Part shown: positions 36,944 through 46,948 of the stretch, in pieces
Layout: each line of letters starts with the position of its first letter
Position numbering within the stretch: the first letter of the stretch is position 1
IMG/VR virus record: IMGVR_UViG_3300036770_006296
Location: 124,001-188,000 of that record
Strand: one strand, 5' to 3'
Length of the DNA: 64,000 nt
Translations under genes and position numbers: made by a program
Notes under the pieces: model-generated
Databases searched by the model: none
Told to the model about the DNA's origin: nothing
What the model saw: the letters and a program-made list of their open reading frames with translations, nothing else

Positions 36944-38370
36944 TGGAAGAACCTAAAATAATTCCTAAGCCTATTATAGATCTTTCGTCTTTAAATAAAG
37001 ATCAGAAAGAAGCTTTTGATAAGCTTAAGAATTTTATATACAATAGAAAAGATGATGATATTTATGTCCTAAAAGGTTGGGCAGGAACGGGAAAGACCTA
37101 TTGTGTTAGTGTACTTGTTAGATATGTTCTTGATGTTATTTATCCCGATAAAAATTGGTATAAGATAGCAGTTACTGGGCCAACTAATAAGTCTGTTAGG
37201 GTAATTAAGAAAACAACTGGGATAAAAAATCCTAGAGTTATTTTCCAGACTGTTCATAAAATGCTCGGTCTAACAGAAAGAATAACACAGGACGGGCAAC
37301 AGGAATTTGTTAATCAAGGGGATTTTGTTCCTCAAATAGAAAAAGTCAAACTTCTTATTATAGATGAAGTGTCTATGCTTAATGATGACTTGTTTCATGA
37401 AATATTAAGATATAGAGACAGAGTCAAGATTATATGTATGGGTGATCCCGCACAAATCCCTCCAGTCGGAAAACCTGATTGTATTCCCTTTAGAGACGAA
37501 TTTGCTGAAATGTATGGAATAAAAACTATAGAGCTTAAAACAATAATGAGGCAAAAAGGAGATAATCCTATTATAGACACTTCAGTTAATATAAGAAATG
37601 ATTTAGAAAATCCCTATGTTGACACAGGTAACACATCTAAATTAAATGATAGGGGGGAAGGAATAGAGATAATAAATATAAACTCTAGCGATCGAAGGGT
37701 TACTTTCTCGGATATACTTTCTAGCTATTTTAAAACTGAAGAGTTTAAGGAGGATTCCGAATACTCTAAAATAATAGCTTGGAGGAATAAAACAGTAGAA
37801 ACTATGAATAATCTTGTTAGGAAGGTTATTTACGGAGAAGAAAATATCGGATCTAAAATATTAATAGGAGAAAAGCTTATAGCCAATAATCCTATTATGG
37901 ATATGAATCAGATACTTTTTAATACCAATGACGAGTTTAGTGTGGAGAACTTCGAAATAAAAAAAGAAAAAGTTAAGGTAGATGGCGAGGAAGGCACTTT
38001 GAAGTATTATGAAACTAGAGTTACCTATTTAAATGATGACGACAAGAAAGTTTGTTATTATATAGACATACTACACGAAGACAGCGAATCATATTTTAAT
38101 GTTTTAGCGAGTAAGCTTAAAAAGATAGCTATAGAAAAAAGAGGCAAAGAAAAATCGTGGATAAAATATTATGATTTTCTTAGAAGGTTCGCAGATGTTA
38201 GTTATGCCTATGCTATAACTGCCCATAAATCTCAAGGGAGTACGTATAACACTGCTTTCGTTCTCGAAGATGATATAGATGTCAACACTAATATCGTGGA
38301 GAGAAATAGAATAAAATACACAGCATACACAAGATCAAGTAAAAAATTATATGTACTTAAACGATTCTAA
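36943..38370 (+). CDS. dda: SF1B DNA helicase, Dda/RecD-like
   Basis: GWAGTGKT; LIIDEVSM; GDPAQIPPV; TAHKSQGST; KYTAYTR. Confidence 0.88.
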   Translation: MEEPKIIPKPIIDLSSLNKDQKEAFDKLKNFIYNRKDDDIYVLKGWAGTGKTYCVSVLVRYVLDVIYPDKNWYKIAVTGPTNKSVRVIKKTTGIKNPRVIFQTVHKMLGLTERITQDGQQEFVNQGDFVPQIEKVKLLIIDEVSMLNDDLFHEILRYRDRVKIICMGDPAQIPPVGKPDCIPFRDEFAEMYGIKTIELKTIMRQKGDNPIIDTSVNIRNDLENPYVDTGNTSKLNDRGEGIEIININSSDRRVTFSDILSSYFKTEEFKEDSEYSKIIAWRNKTVETMNNLVRKVIYGEENIGSKILIGEKLIANNPIMDMNQILFNTNDEFSVENFEIKKEKVKVDGEEGTLKYYETRVTYLNDDDKKVCYYIDILHEDSESYFNVLASKLKKIAIEKRGKEKSWIKYYDFLRRFADVSYAYAITAHKSQGSTYNTAFVLEDDIDVNTNIVERNRIKYTAYTRSSKKLYVLKRF

Positions 38371-38695
38371 AATAAAACACCTATTAGCAATATTTTTTGC
38401 GATAGGCATATCTCACGAACTGGTTGTTTTATTGAGATTTTCTATACCTGAATTATCCTTAATTTATACGGTGGGTTTATTGATATTAATATTTAATTTT
38501 TCCGCAGTAAAAAGATATGTCTGGCCTCCTGGATTGGGCATCATAGGTATTTTTTCTTTACTCTATTTTGTATTTCTTTTGATAGGATATGGAGCTGAAT
38601 TTTTTAGAGATTTATCATCTGTCATATCTATAGCAGTCTGGCTTAAATGTATATCATGTCTAAATAATGAAATAGATATGGATGATTATGAATAA
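38351..38695 (+). CDS. Membrane protein (about 4 TM)
   Basis: Hydrophobic throughout. Confidence 0.65.
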   Translation: MYLNDSKIKHLLAIFFAIGISHELVVLLRFSIPELSLIYTVGLLILIFNFSAVKRYVWPPGLGIIGIFSLLYFVFLLIGYGAEFFRDLSSVISIAVWLKCISCLNNEIDMDDYE

Positions 38696-39149
38696 TGTAA
38701 AAATAAAAAAGAGGATGAAGACATCGGAAAAATATAGACATATAGGGTATTCGTATCCTGGAGTACCTAGCGGATGGAAGCCTATAGTTGAGAAGACAAT
38801 AGTAGAGATAGAAAGAAAAATGTGGCCTAGATGGATTCCATTGTTTGTTAAAAGATGGATACACTATCTAGCTACAGGAAACAGTGTGGTTAGGGTTAGA
38901 AGTAGATTTTGGTATAAGATAAGAACTAAGCTAACAAGGGGTCAAATGGTAACTGATATTAAAGACAAGTTTGCTACTCTTAGAATATATGGACATTTTC
39001 ATGAGGAGATAGAAAAGATAATAGAGAAAGCAGAGGATAACTGTTACCGCACTTGTGAAAAATGTGGGGGAAAAGAAAAAGTTAGAAGCGTAGGGAAAGG
39101 ATGGATATACAATCTTTGTAAACCTTGTAGATTTTCTAAATCTAAATAA
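38682..39149 (+). CDS. Hypothetical phage protein with C-terminal Cys cluster
   Basis: IKDKFATLRIY...TCEKCG...LCKPC. Confidence 0.7.
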   Translation: MIMNNVKIKKRMKTSEKYRHIGYSYPGVPSGWKPIVEKTIVEIERKMWPRWIPLFVKRWIHYLATGNSVVRVRSRFWYKIRTKLTRGQMVTDIKDKFATLRIYGHFHEEIEKIIEKAEDNCYRTCEKCGGKEKVRSVGKGWIYNLCKPCRFSKSK

Positions 39150-39189
39150 ATCCTTTTTTATTCTTTAGTAGAATTTCTATTTTTATATC

Positions 39190-40008
39190 ATGAAAGTATT
39201 GACGTTGGGAGATGTGCACGGAAGAGATAGATGGATGTTTCACACCCATGGAAGCCCTTATGAGTTTAATAATTGGATGACTATGATTGGAAAAGGGGTC
39301 CCCGCGGATGATGTAGAATTCTGGAAAGAAATGCCATATTTACAATATGACAAAATTGTTTTTATTGGAGACTATGTTGACAGCTTTGATATTAGCAATG
39401 TTACAATCCTAGACAATCTTAAAAAGATATTGTTTTTTAAAAAAGCATTACCAGATAAAGTAGTTCTTTTATTGGGAAATCATGATATTCAATATTTTGT
39501 TCCTAATGAAATATGCAGCGGATATAGAGCAGAAATGAAACCGGATCTTTATCAGTTATTTACAGAGAATAAAGAATGTTTTAAAGTTGCTCATTTAGAA
39601 AAAGATAATACCGGTATTAAGTATCTTTGGACACATGCAGGTGTTACTAATGGATGGCTAAAAGATGTTTGTAAGGATATTAATAATCCAAGATATAGGC
39701 ACTATGAAATAGCTAAAGACTTTGATCCTAATGATCTGGAGAAATTTATAAACGATCTATTTGAACTCAGAGTTGATAATATATTTAATGTAGATGCACA
39801 TAGTGGTGGTTATAGCTTGTGGGCTGGTCCTTTTTGGGTTAGACCAACAATTCTAAATAATTATCCTCTAGAAGGTATTAATCAGATAGTTGGACACACA
39901 CCGCAAAAAACTGTCGAGCATATTAAGTGTGGAGATGTTACTCATTATTTAGTAGACTGCCTTTTTGACGATTGTGATGATGTTTTAGTTCTAGATATAG
40001 AAAAATGA
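39190..40008 (+). CDS. Metallophosphoesterase (calcineurin-like)
   Basis: GDVHG, GDYVD, LLGNHD, THAG, VGHT; behind early-type promoter. Confidence 0.9.
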   Translation: MKVLTLGDVHGRDRWMFHTHGSPYEFNNWMTMIGKGVPADDVEFWKEMPYLQYDKIVFIGDYVDSFDISNVTILDNLKKILFFKKALPDKVVLLLGNHDIQYFVPNEICSGYRAEMKPDLYQLFTENKECFKVAHLEKDNTGIKYLWTHAGVTNGWLKDVCKDINNPRYRHYEIAKDFDPNDLEKFINDLFELRVDNIFNVDAHSGGYSLWAGPFWVRPTILNNYPLEGINQIVGHTPQKTVEHIKCGDVTHYLVDCLFDDCDDVLVLDIEK

Positions 40009-40325
40009 CAAGAAAGTTTAAGTTCGATAAGGAAGACAATAGATGGTTTGTAGAATTACCCGAGTGGGAGGGGGAAAAAGAAGATCTTGAAATGGTAATG
40101 GGTGCAGACATTCTATTAGACATTCTTTCTGGAGGTTCTGACTATTGCTATGTTACTTTTAGTGACGAGCCATTTGACGAAGCTAAGATTCTTTCTTATG
40201 ACTATAACGAATCTACTGCGGGCTATTACAACAATGACGCTTGGCACGGGCCATCAACGGTTTGGCTTTGTTATGTTACTGAATTTGTTTTTGGTAAATA
40301 TCCAGAAAAAATATATTACAAATGA
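40005..40325 (+). CDS. Conserved phage hypothetical (DUF6717-like)
   Basis: WFVELPEW...LEMVMGAD.LLD...WLC.VT.FVFG.YP pattern, recalled. Confidence 0.6.
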   Translation: MTRKFKFDKEDNRWFVELPEWEGEKEDLEMVMGADILLDILSGGSDYCYVTFSDEPFDEAKILSYDYNESTAGYYNNDAWHGPSTVWLCYVTEFVFGKYPEKIYYK

Positions 40326-40393
40326 AAGCCGGGGTGGTTGCGATTTCCCCGGCTTTCGATGATACTTGCGTAACATCACGGTCCTAAGCCGTG
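40324..40393. other. Three-hairpin structured intergenic element
   Basis: GAAAGCCGGGG/CCCCGGCTTTC 11-bp stem; GATG-A-TAC/GTA-A-CATC; (C)ACGG-TCCTAAG-CCGT(G). Confidence 0.55.
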
Positions 40394-40445
40394 TAATATT
40401 TTTGAAATTTTTGTTTTTAGTTAGCCTATAATATATTTATTCGCT

Positions 40446-40652
40446 ATGAAAAAAAAACAAGAAATCATCAGGGAAAAAGAGATAGATATTCCTACCTTAG
40501 CTGGTAAAAGAAAACAGCTTTTCGATAATATGAGAATTCTATATCCTAAAGGAAAAAAAGAGGCACAAATGGATCTTTGTCAAGAATTACATGAAAGTAG
40601 GATCGATTATTATCTTGAAAGTATCTTTAGCTTAAAAATTAAAAACAAATGA
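40446..40652 (+). CDS. Small hypothetical protein
   Basis: 68-aa ORF. Confidence 0.6.
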   Translation: MKKKQEIIREKEIDIPTLAGKRKQLFDNMRILYPKGKKEAQMDLCQELHESRIDYYLESIFSLKIKNK

Positions 40653-40891
40653 GAAAAACATTATTTATTCCTGCTATCGTATCTGTTCTTTGTTCGTGTG
40701 CTATTAAAAACGGAACTAAGGAGATAGATTGCGTTGTCACTAAATCTGAGGCGATACCAAAGAAATCTATTCATGACGAGATGAATCCTACTAAATATAT
40801 GATCGAAACAGATTGTGGAAAATTTTTTAGCTCTAGAGAAAATTATCAAGTTGGTGACACAGTTAAAATGACTATAGTCTATTACAAGTAA
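40649..40891 (+). CDS. Small lipoprotein
   Basis: AIVSVLCS-C lipobox. Confidence 0.65.
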   Translation: MRKTLFIPAIVSVLCSCAIKNGTKEIDCVVTKSEAIPKKSIHDEMNPTKYMIETDCGKFFSSRENYQVGDTVKMTIVYYK

Positions 40892-40937
40892 AATTTAGGT
40901 TTTTATTTTGGGATATATAATGTAAAAATTATATCCC

Positions 40938-41750
40938 ATGATACTTAAATTAGGCTCCAAAGGTACAGCGGTAGAAAAACTACAGAATTTTTTAGGTGTA
41001 CCGATCAATGGAAATTTCGACGAAAGCGTAGATAAAGCTTTAAAAACTTGGCAAAAATCAAACGGATTAAAAGATGATGGTATAGCAGGACCAATCACTC
41101 TTAAAAAAATGGGTATAATCCTAGAATCCGATATCCCTGTTCCTACTTCTTCTTTTAAACTTGATAAGTTAAAAGGACATATTCCCGATTCTGTTATAGC
41201 TCAAATACCAGATACCGCAGCTAAATTTGGAATAACAAACGTGCTTAGACTTTCGCATTTTCTTGCACAGTGTGGGCACGAGTCTGGAGGTTTTAAGGCA
41301 GTATCAGAAAATCTTAACTATTCAGCCGATGGTTTAAAAAAGATATTTGGAAAATATTTCCCTGGTAATCTTAATGAGTCATATGCTAGACAACCAGAAA
41401 AAATTGCTGCTAGAGTTTACGGAAGTAGAATGGGAAATGGCGATGAAGCTTCCAAAGACGGATGGAAATTTAGAGGAAGAGGATACATCCAATTAACAGG
41501 AAAATCTAATTACGAAGCATTCGACAAATTTGTAGATGATGACATATTAGGTAATCCAGATTTAGTTGCAACCAAATACCCTCTAATGTCAGCAGCTTGG
41601 TTTTTCAATAAAAATGGTCTATGGACTATTTGTGATAAGGGCGCGGATGATGCAACGGTTACTGCTGTTACAAAAAGAGTAAACGGAGGAACTATAGGAT
41701 TATCTGATAGGATTAAACATTTTAAAGAGTATTATTCTTTGCTTAAATAA
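40938..41750 (+). CDS. Endolysin: PG-binding domain plus GH19 (chitinase-like lysozyme) domain
   Basis: LKLGSKG.AV..LQ...WQK.NGL..DGIAGP.T; HFLAQCGHESG; FRGRGYIQLTGKSNY; VTKRVNGG; behind GGATATATA. Confidence 0.9.
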   Translation: MILKLGSKGTAVEKLQNFLGVPINGNFDESVDKALKTWQKSNGLKDDGIAGPITLKKMGIILESDIPVPTSSFKLDKLKGHIPDSVIAQIPDTAAKFGITNVLRLSHFLAQCGHESGGFKAVSENLNYSADGLKKIFGKYFPGNLNESYARQPEKIAARVYGSRMGNGDEASKDGWKFRGRGYIQLTGKSNYEAFDKFVDDDILGNPDLVATKYPLMSAAWFFNKNGLWTICDKGADDATVTAVTKRVNGGTIGLSDRIKHFKEYYSLLK

Positions 41751-41775
41751 TATATACAGTAAAATAATTTATAAT

Positions 41776-42384
41776 ATGTGTTATACTAGAGAACAAATAG
41801 AAAAGGCTGTTAAAGCAAAAGGATATGTTTGGTTCGCGGATGATGCAAACAAAACATACGACGTAAACATAGTTGGTGTTAGAAATAATGCACCAAGTGT
41901 TGCTGATAAGGTAACTAATGTTTTTGATGACTGTTTAACAATCTCTTATAAAGACGAAGCTGCTGCATGGCAATTCTTCTGCTGGATGGGAACTTGTGAC
42001 CCGGGTAAAAAAGGGGTTATGGAGTTTCATAACAATAAAGGAGTTGCTAGATTAGTACCCGGTCAATATAGAGGGGTTTGGAAAATAGACAAACACCAGG
42101 GCAAATACGATGCTCTTTGTCAAAGAAACGGAAACGTAACTGTTTGGAGAGATGCTAATAGAGATTTGCTTTTTGAAGAAAAAGTAACAGACACTGGTAT
42201 GTTTGGTATTAACATACACAAAGCAGGACAAGATTCTACATGGGTAGAAAATTGGTCAGAGGGGTGTCAAGTATTTAAAAGAGTTAAGGATTTTGATGCT
42301 TTTATGGCTATTTGTAGAAAAGCTTCTAAAATTCACGGGAATAAGTTCTCTTATACTCTATTAGAATCTACGGATATAGTTTAA
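41776..42384 (+). CDS. L,D-transpeptidase (YkuD)-like cell-wall enzyme
   Basis: GINIHKAG......NWSEGCQV (His...Ser-x-Gly-Cys motif). Confidence 0.6.
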   Translation: MCYTREQIEKAVKAKGYVWFADDANKTYDVNIVGVRNNAPSVADKVTNVFDDCLTISYKDEAAAWQFFCWMGTCDPGKKGVMEFHNNKGVARLVPGQYRGVWKIDKHQGKYDALCQRNGNVTVWRDANRDLLFEEKVTDTGMFGINIHKAGQDSTWVENWSEGCQVFKRVKDFDAFMAICRKASKIHGNKFSYTLLESTDIV

Positions 42385-42385
42385 T

Positions 42386-42652
42386 CTATATTCTTTTTAT
42401 CAATATTTTAAGATCTTTAGATCCTTTTATGAGGCGATGATATTCGCCTCTTTTTATTTGTATAGGCCCTTTTAGTTCGATCGGGAGAAGATTATCAAAT
42501 TGAAATTTCCAATCAGTTTCTCCTATAGCTTCTATTATCCTGTCCTCTTCATCGAAGTGCCATTTAAGCTCCTCGTCAAATAAAGATTCTTTAAATATCC
42601 TGATGGATTCTTTCTCTGAAATCCATTCCTCTCCGAAGGGTAAATCTTCCAT
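42386..42652 (-). CDS. Cupin-like conserved phage protein
   Basis: ELKWHFDEEDR...WKFQFDN.LP...YHRLIKG; GATATATA upstream. Confidence 0.65.
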   Translation of the reverse strand: MEDLPFGEEWISEKESIRIFKESLFDEELKWHFDEEDRIIEAIGETDWKFQFDNLLPIELKGPIQIKRGEYHRLIKGSKDLKILIKRI

Positions 42653-42705
42653 AATTTATATATCTTTTTTAAGGCCACGAAGGAATATATAATACAACTA
42701 ACACT

Positions 42706-44472
42706 ATGTCTACTCTATCTAAAATCTCTCTGGTATTATCTGCTTTAATAATGTCTATTTATTTTAGTATACAATCTCTATTAGTTTTCAATTATATCGA
42801 TTATACGGAATCTTTGGGTAGATTTGAATATGGATGTTTCGTTTTATTTGTCCCACTTTTTTCGATAGTTGTTAGAGAGTTTATAATAAAAAATAAGAGG
42901 AGTATTAAATTAAATATCTATGGTAAAAAATTAAATGACGTTCTTGTGAAGCAGTCGCATAATAGATTATTCTATAATGGAAATCTATCAGAGGCTGCTA
43001 AAGAATTAACTAAAGAGGTCACACAATCCATTAATGTTGAGAGATGCTCAGTTTGGCTATACAATAGGGATAAAACATCAATAGTTTGCCAACAGCTTTA
43101 TATTAAGTCAGAGTACACTTGGTATCAGGGATCTGAATTACTCGAGAAAGACTTTAGGCCCTATTTTGATGCTTTGAAAAATAATCCTGTCATTGTAGCA
43201 AATAATGCAGAGAAACATCCCTCTACATCTTGCTTTAGTGAAGTTTATTTAAAACCATTGGGCATAAAATCGATGTTAGATGTACCTATCCTGTTTAAAG
43301 GTGATGTAATAGGAGTAATATGTATAGAGAGCTTAGTAAAAAAAGAATGGTGTGAATTCGAGATTAATTTTTCCAAGTTGCTCTCTTCCTTATATACTTT
43401 TTCTTATTCAGTAAAAGAAAACAAAAAACAAGATCAAAAAATAGATGACATTAATAATTTTATAGATGAAGCTGCCCTTGTTTCTAAAACAGACGCAAAG
43501 GGAAAAATTGTATATGTGAATAAAAAATTCGAGGAGGTATCAGGATGGAGTCTGAAAGAAGTAATAGGTAAGGACCACAATATAGTTAATTCAGGTGAAC
43601 ATCCCAAGGAAATGTGGGCAGAAATGTATAAGAGTGTTTTAGTAGATAAAAATATTTGGAATAGGGTTATTACAAACAAAGCAAAAGATGGACATTTATA
43701 CCATGTGGACACTTATATAAAAGCGGAATTCGACACGGAGACTGGAGATCTAATAGGATTTATTTCTATCAGGCAGGATGTAAGTAAAATAGTATATACA
43801 TTACAAGAGATAGACAAGAAAAATACTTATTTAGAACATGCTGCTAAAATAATTAGACATGACATGCACTCGGGAATAAACACCTATATTCCAAGGGGGA
43901 TTAGCTCACTAGAAAGAAGACTTTCCGACGAAGATATAAAAAATCTTAAAATAGAAGCTCCATTAAAAATGATTAAAGAAGGGCTTAGACATACTCAAAA
44001 GGTATATAAAGGAGTTTATGAGTTTACTAATCTTGTTAAAAAGGACGCAGCCCTTAACAAGGATGAAATAGATCTAAAGTATATCCTCGACGATTATCTT
44101 TCTTCGACTGCTTATAAAAGCCAGGTTGATATATCAAACTTAGGAAAGTTTAGTGTCAATGAGGCTCTTTTTTGCACTGCAATTGATAATTTAATAAGGA
44201 ACGGACTTAAATATAATGATAGTAACAACAAATCTGTAAAAATATCAAGAATAGGAAATATTATTTATGTTGAAGACAATGGTAGAGGCTTAACATCTGA
44301 AGAATTTAAGACTCTTTCTAAACCATATACTAGGAAGGAGGGTCAAAAAGAAACCGGTACTGGCTTAGGATTAAATATATGTATATCAATACTCAAAGAA
44401 CACGGATTTTCAGTCGATTGTGAAAAAAAGGTTGAAGGCGGATCTAGAATAAAAATAAAGTTAGATAAATGA
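42706..44472 (+). CDS. Sensor histidine kinase (2 TM-GAF-PAS-HisKA-HATPase)
   Basis: GAF ERCSVWL...LDVPI...IGVICIE; PAS VNKKFEEVSGW...HNIVNSGEH...NKAKDG; H box IIRHDMHSG; N box DNLIRNGLKY; G1 VEDNGRG; G2 GTGLGL. Confidence 0.92.
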   Translation: MSTLSKISLVLSALIMSIYFSIQSLLVFNYIDYTESLGRFEYGCFVLFVPLFSIVVREFIIKNKRSIKLNIYGKKLNDVLVKQSHNRLFYNGNLSEAAKELTKEVTQSINVERCSVWLYNRDKTSIVCQQLYIKSEYTWYQGSELLEKDFRPYFDALKNNPVIVANNAEKHPSTSCFSEVYLKPLGIKSMLDVPILFKGDVIGVICIESLVKKEWCEFEINFSKLLSSLYTFSYSVKENKKQDQKIDDINNFIDEAALVSKTDAKGKIVYVNKKFEEVSGWSLKEVIGKDHNIVNSGEHPKEMWAEMYKSVLVDKNIWNRVITNKAKDGHLYHVDTYIKAEFDTETGDLIGFISIRQDVSKIVYTLQEIDKKNTYLEHAAKIIRHDMHSGINTYIPRGISSLERRLSDEDIKNLKIEAPLKMIKEGLRHTQKVYKGVYEFTNLVKKDAALNKDEIDLKYILDDYLSSTAYKSQVDISNLGKFSVNEALFCTAIDNLIRNGLKYNDSNNKSVKISRIGNIIYVEDNGRGLTSEEFKTLSKPYTRKEGQKETGTGLGLNICISILKEHGFSVDCEKKVEGGSRIKIKLDK

Positions 44473-45074
44473 AAAAAATATTTTTAATTATTATCCTATT
44501 GGGGATAAGGGGATTTTGCTTTTCTCAAAACTTTTATCCGATACAAACAATTTTAAAAGGAGATTCTGTTGTTATATACACGCTAGAACAGTCTCAAGAT
44601 ATAAATCTAATGATACAGAATCAAAAATCATTAAATGTAAGCTATAAGAGCAAATATGAGCACTATCTAGGAAAAACAGACAGTTTAGAAAAAATAGTAG
44701 CTGCGCAACTGTACTTGATTGATAGCTTAAGATTAGTTCAAAAAAATCAAGATAGCTTGGAAAAAAAATTACACACAATAGAAAGTTGGTTAGTAAAAGC
44801 ATCAATCGATAACTCTTACCTCTATATGTCATGGCAGGATTCTAAAATTAAATCGGTGGACCTAACATTATATACTGTTCATTGCAGTATGCAAACAGGA
44901 ACGATAAGAATGGTTAGGAGAGGTCCTAATGATGAATTTTATACCTGGAAAGGAATAAACCACACAAGAAGAGAAAGCCCCTCCATTAACTGGGAATTAA
45001 AATATCCAGAGGAAGATAGGCCGATAGTTAATAATTTACCAGTAGATATCAAAATAAGTCAATATGTAAGATGA
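44469..45074 (+). CDS. Secreted/periplasmic hypothetical protein in two-component cluster
   Basis: Signal peptide ending FCFSQ; overlaps both kinase genes. Confidence 0.75.
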   Translation: MKKIFLIIILLGIRGFCFSQNFYPIQTILKGDSVVIYTLEQSQDINLMIQNQKSLNVSYKSKYEHYLGKTDSLEKIVAAQLYLIDSLRLVQKNQDSLEKKLHTIESWLVKASIDNSYLYMSWQDSKIKSVDLTLYTVHCSMQTGTIRMVRRGPNDEFYTWKGINHTRRESPSINWELKYPEEDRPIVNNLPVDIKISQYVR

Positions 45075-46510
45075 AAAAAATAGTGCTTTTAGTAGTAATA
45101 CTATTCTCTTTCCAGAGCTTTTCTACCGCTCAAGGAATAACCCCGAATAAAAAATCTATAGTTGAAGCTGTTTGGGATCAAGGAATACCAGTTTGTCCTG
45201 ATGACAAATACATATCTTCACTTATCGACAAAGTTGGATTTGATAATCTAAGAAATAATAAAAAACCTATTGATAAGAATGAAGCTAAATTGTGTAGGGA
45301 GATAGGGATTGCTTTTTACAATAGGGGAATGTATGAAGCTGCTGACTGGTATTTAGAAAGAGTCAGAGGATACGTTGAGGTTGTAGAACTCGAGCCGGAG
45401 GTGGTTTTTGAAACACCCAAGCAGGAAGAGGAAGAGGAGGATGTTTCTATAGATGATATAAAAAGTCTAGAAGCGGACAAGGAATTTTTACAAAATCTTC
45501 CTAAAAGTTACGACAACGTTTCTCCCGGTGACATGAAAAAGTTAGCGGACCAAATTGAAGACCAAATAAAAAAGCTCATTGCAGAAAAAGAAGCTTTATT
45601 AAAAAGAAATGCTCCTAAATCTGTTATAGATGCTAAGGATGCTGCTATAGGATCTTTAGGAAAAGAAAAAGAAATCATAGACCTATCTATAGAAAAAGAA
45701 GATTTAGAGGTAGAAGTAGTTGACTTAGAAGACGATAAAAAAGTATTAAGGAAATATTTAATAGGATCCGTTATAGGAATTATTATAGCTATTTTAGCAA
45801 TAATAGCTCTACTACAAAGGAAAACAATAAGAGTAAAAGACGTAGAGCTAGAAAAGCAGTTAGATGATATCAATAAGAAAAATACTTATCTTGAATATGC
45901 TGCTAGAATTATTAGACATGATATGCACAGTGGTATTAATACTTATATGCCTAGAGGCCTTTCCTCTCTACAGAAAAGAATGGATCAGGAAAAAATCGAT
46001 GAACTAAAGATCGGTCCTTCTTTAAAGATGATTTCAGAGGGATTAGCACACACCCAAAAGGTATATAAAAATGTATATGAATTTACAAATCTCGTAAAAG
46101 TTAAGGCAGATTTTAGTACTAAAGAAATAGATCTAAAGGAGGCTTTGGAGAAATATCTAGCTAACACCTCATACAGAAATCAAGTTGTAATAGATGATCT
46201 TGGTTTGGTAAATGCTAATGAGCAATTGTTTTGTAATGCAATAGATAATCTGATTAAAAATGGCCTCAAATACAACGAGAAAAACGACAAATGTGTTAAG
46301 ATATATAAGGAAGTAGATGTAATAGTTGTTGAAGATAATGGTATAGGATTAACGTCTAAAAAATTCGAAGAATTAATCAAAAAAGGCATTGATACAGAAT
46401 CTGATACCGGTATTGGATTAAGTATTACAAAAGCAATTATTGAAGAACATGGCTATTCCATCTTTTGTGAGAAAGTTGAGAATGGCACAAAAATGAAAAT
46501 AAAAATATAA
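45071..46510 (+). CDS. Sensor histidine kinase (signal peptide, coiled coil, TM, HisKA, HATPase)
   Basis: IIRHDMHSGINTY; DNLIKNGLKY; VEDNGIG; GIGLSI; kinase core closely similar to 42706 gene. Confidence 0.9.
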   Translation: MKKIVLLVVILFSFQSFSTAQGITPNKKSIVEAVWDQGIPVCPDDKYISSLIDKVGFDNLRNNKKPIDKNEAKLCREIGIAFYNRGMYEAADWYLERVRGYVEVVELEPEVVFETPKQEEEEEDVSIDDIKSLEADKEFLQNLPKSYDNVSPGDMKKLADQIEDQIKKLIAEKEALLKRNAPKSVIDAKDAAIGSLGKEKEIIDLSIEKEDLEVEVVDLEDDKKVLRKYLIGSVIGIIIAILAIIALLQRKTIRVKDVELEKQLDDINKKNTYLEYAARIIRHDMHSGINTYMPRGLSSLQKRMDQEKIDELKIGPSLKMISEGLAHTQKVYKNVYEFTNLVKVKADFSTKEIDLKEALEKYLANTSYRNQVVIDDLGLVNANEQLFCNAIDNLIKNGLKYNEKNDKCVKIYKEVDVIVVEDNGIGLTSKKFEELIKKGIDTESDTGIGLSITKAIIEEHGYSIFCEKVENGTKMKIKI

Positions 46511-46511
46511 A

Positions 46512-46943
46512 ATGATTAATTCTATACTATTAGTTGATGATGAGGATTTATTCCACTTAGTTTTTGAAGATGCCTGCAGTCTTTTGGATATAACACTTTC
46601 TCTTGAAAGTCTAACTTCTGCTGATGAAGCAGAGAAACTGTTTAAAGCATGGCACAAAGAAGCCGATGGAAAACCTGAGTGTGTGTTTGTAGATCTTAAT
46701 ATAATAGGTTCTTCTTTCGATGGCATAGAGCTAATAAGAAAAATAAATTTTGAATACGGTAATCATGTTGTTATCGGTATTATCTCCTCATCAAACGAAC
46801 CAGAGGAACAATCAAAAGCTTTACAGGCCGGAGCTCAGTTTTGGATAATAAAATCCGACGACATAGAACCTAGGTTAGAGGATTTTAAAAAAGATTATGA
46901 GGGATATAAAAACAGAACAAATTCGTTCAAGGTTTATAAATAG
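46512..46943 (+). CDS. Single-domain response regulator (receiver)
   Basis: ILLVDDE; VFVDLNI phospho-Asp; IISSS; IIKS; no output domain. Confidence 0.9.
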   Translation: MINSILLVDDEDLFHLVFEDACSLLDITLSLESLTSADEAEKLFKAWHKEADGKPECVFVDLNIIGSSFDGIELIRKINFEYGNHVVIGIISSSNEPEEQSKALQAGAQFWIIKSDDIEPRLEDFKKDYEGYKNRTNSFKVYK

Positions 46944-46948
46944 AATAT

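Noticed and set aside
40377-40393. Pistol ribozyme on the minus strand (CACGG-CUUAGGA-CCGUG resembles its P1 loop)
   Set aside because: The downstream complementary CCUAA needed for the pseudoknot is absent.
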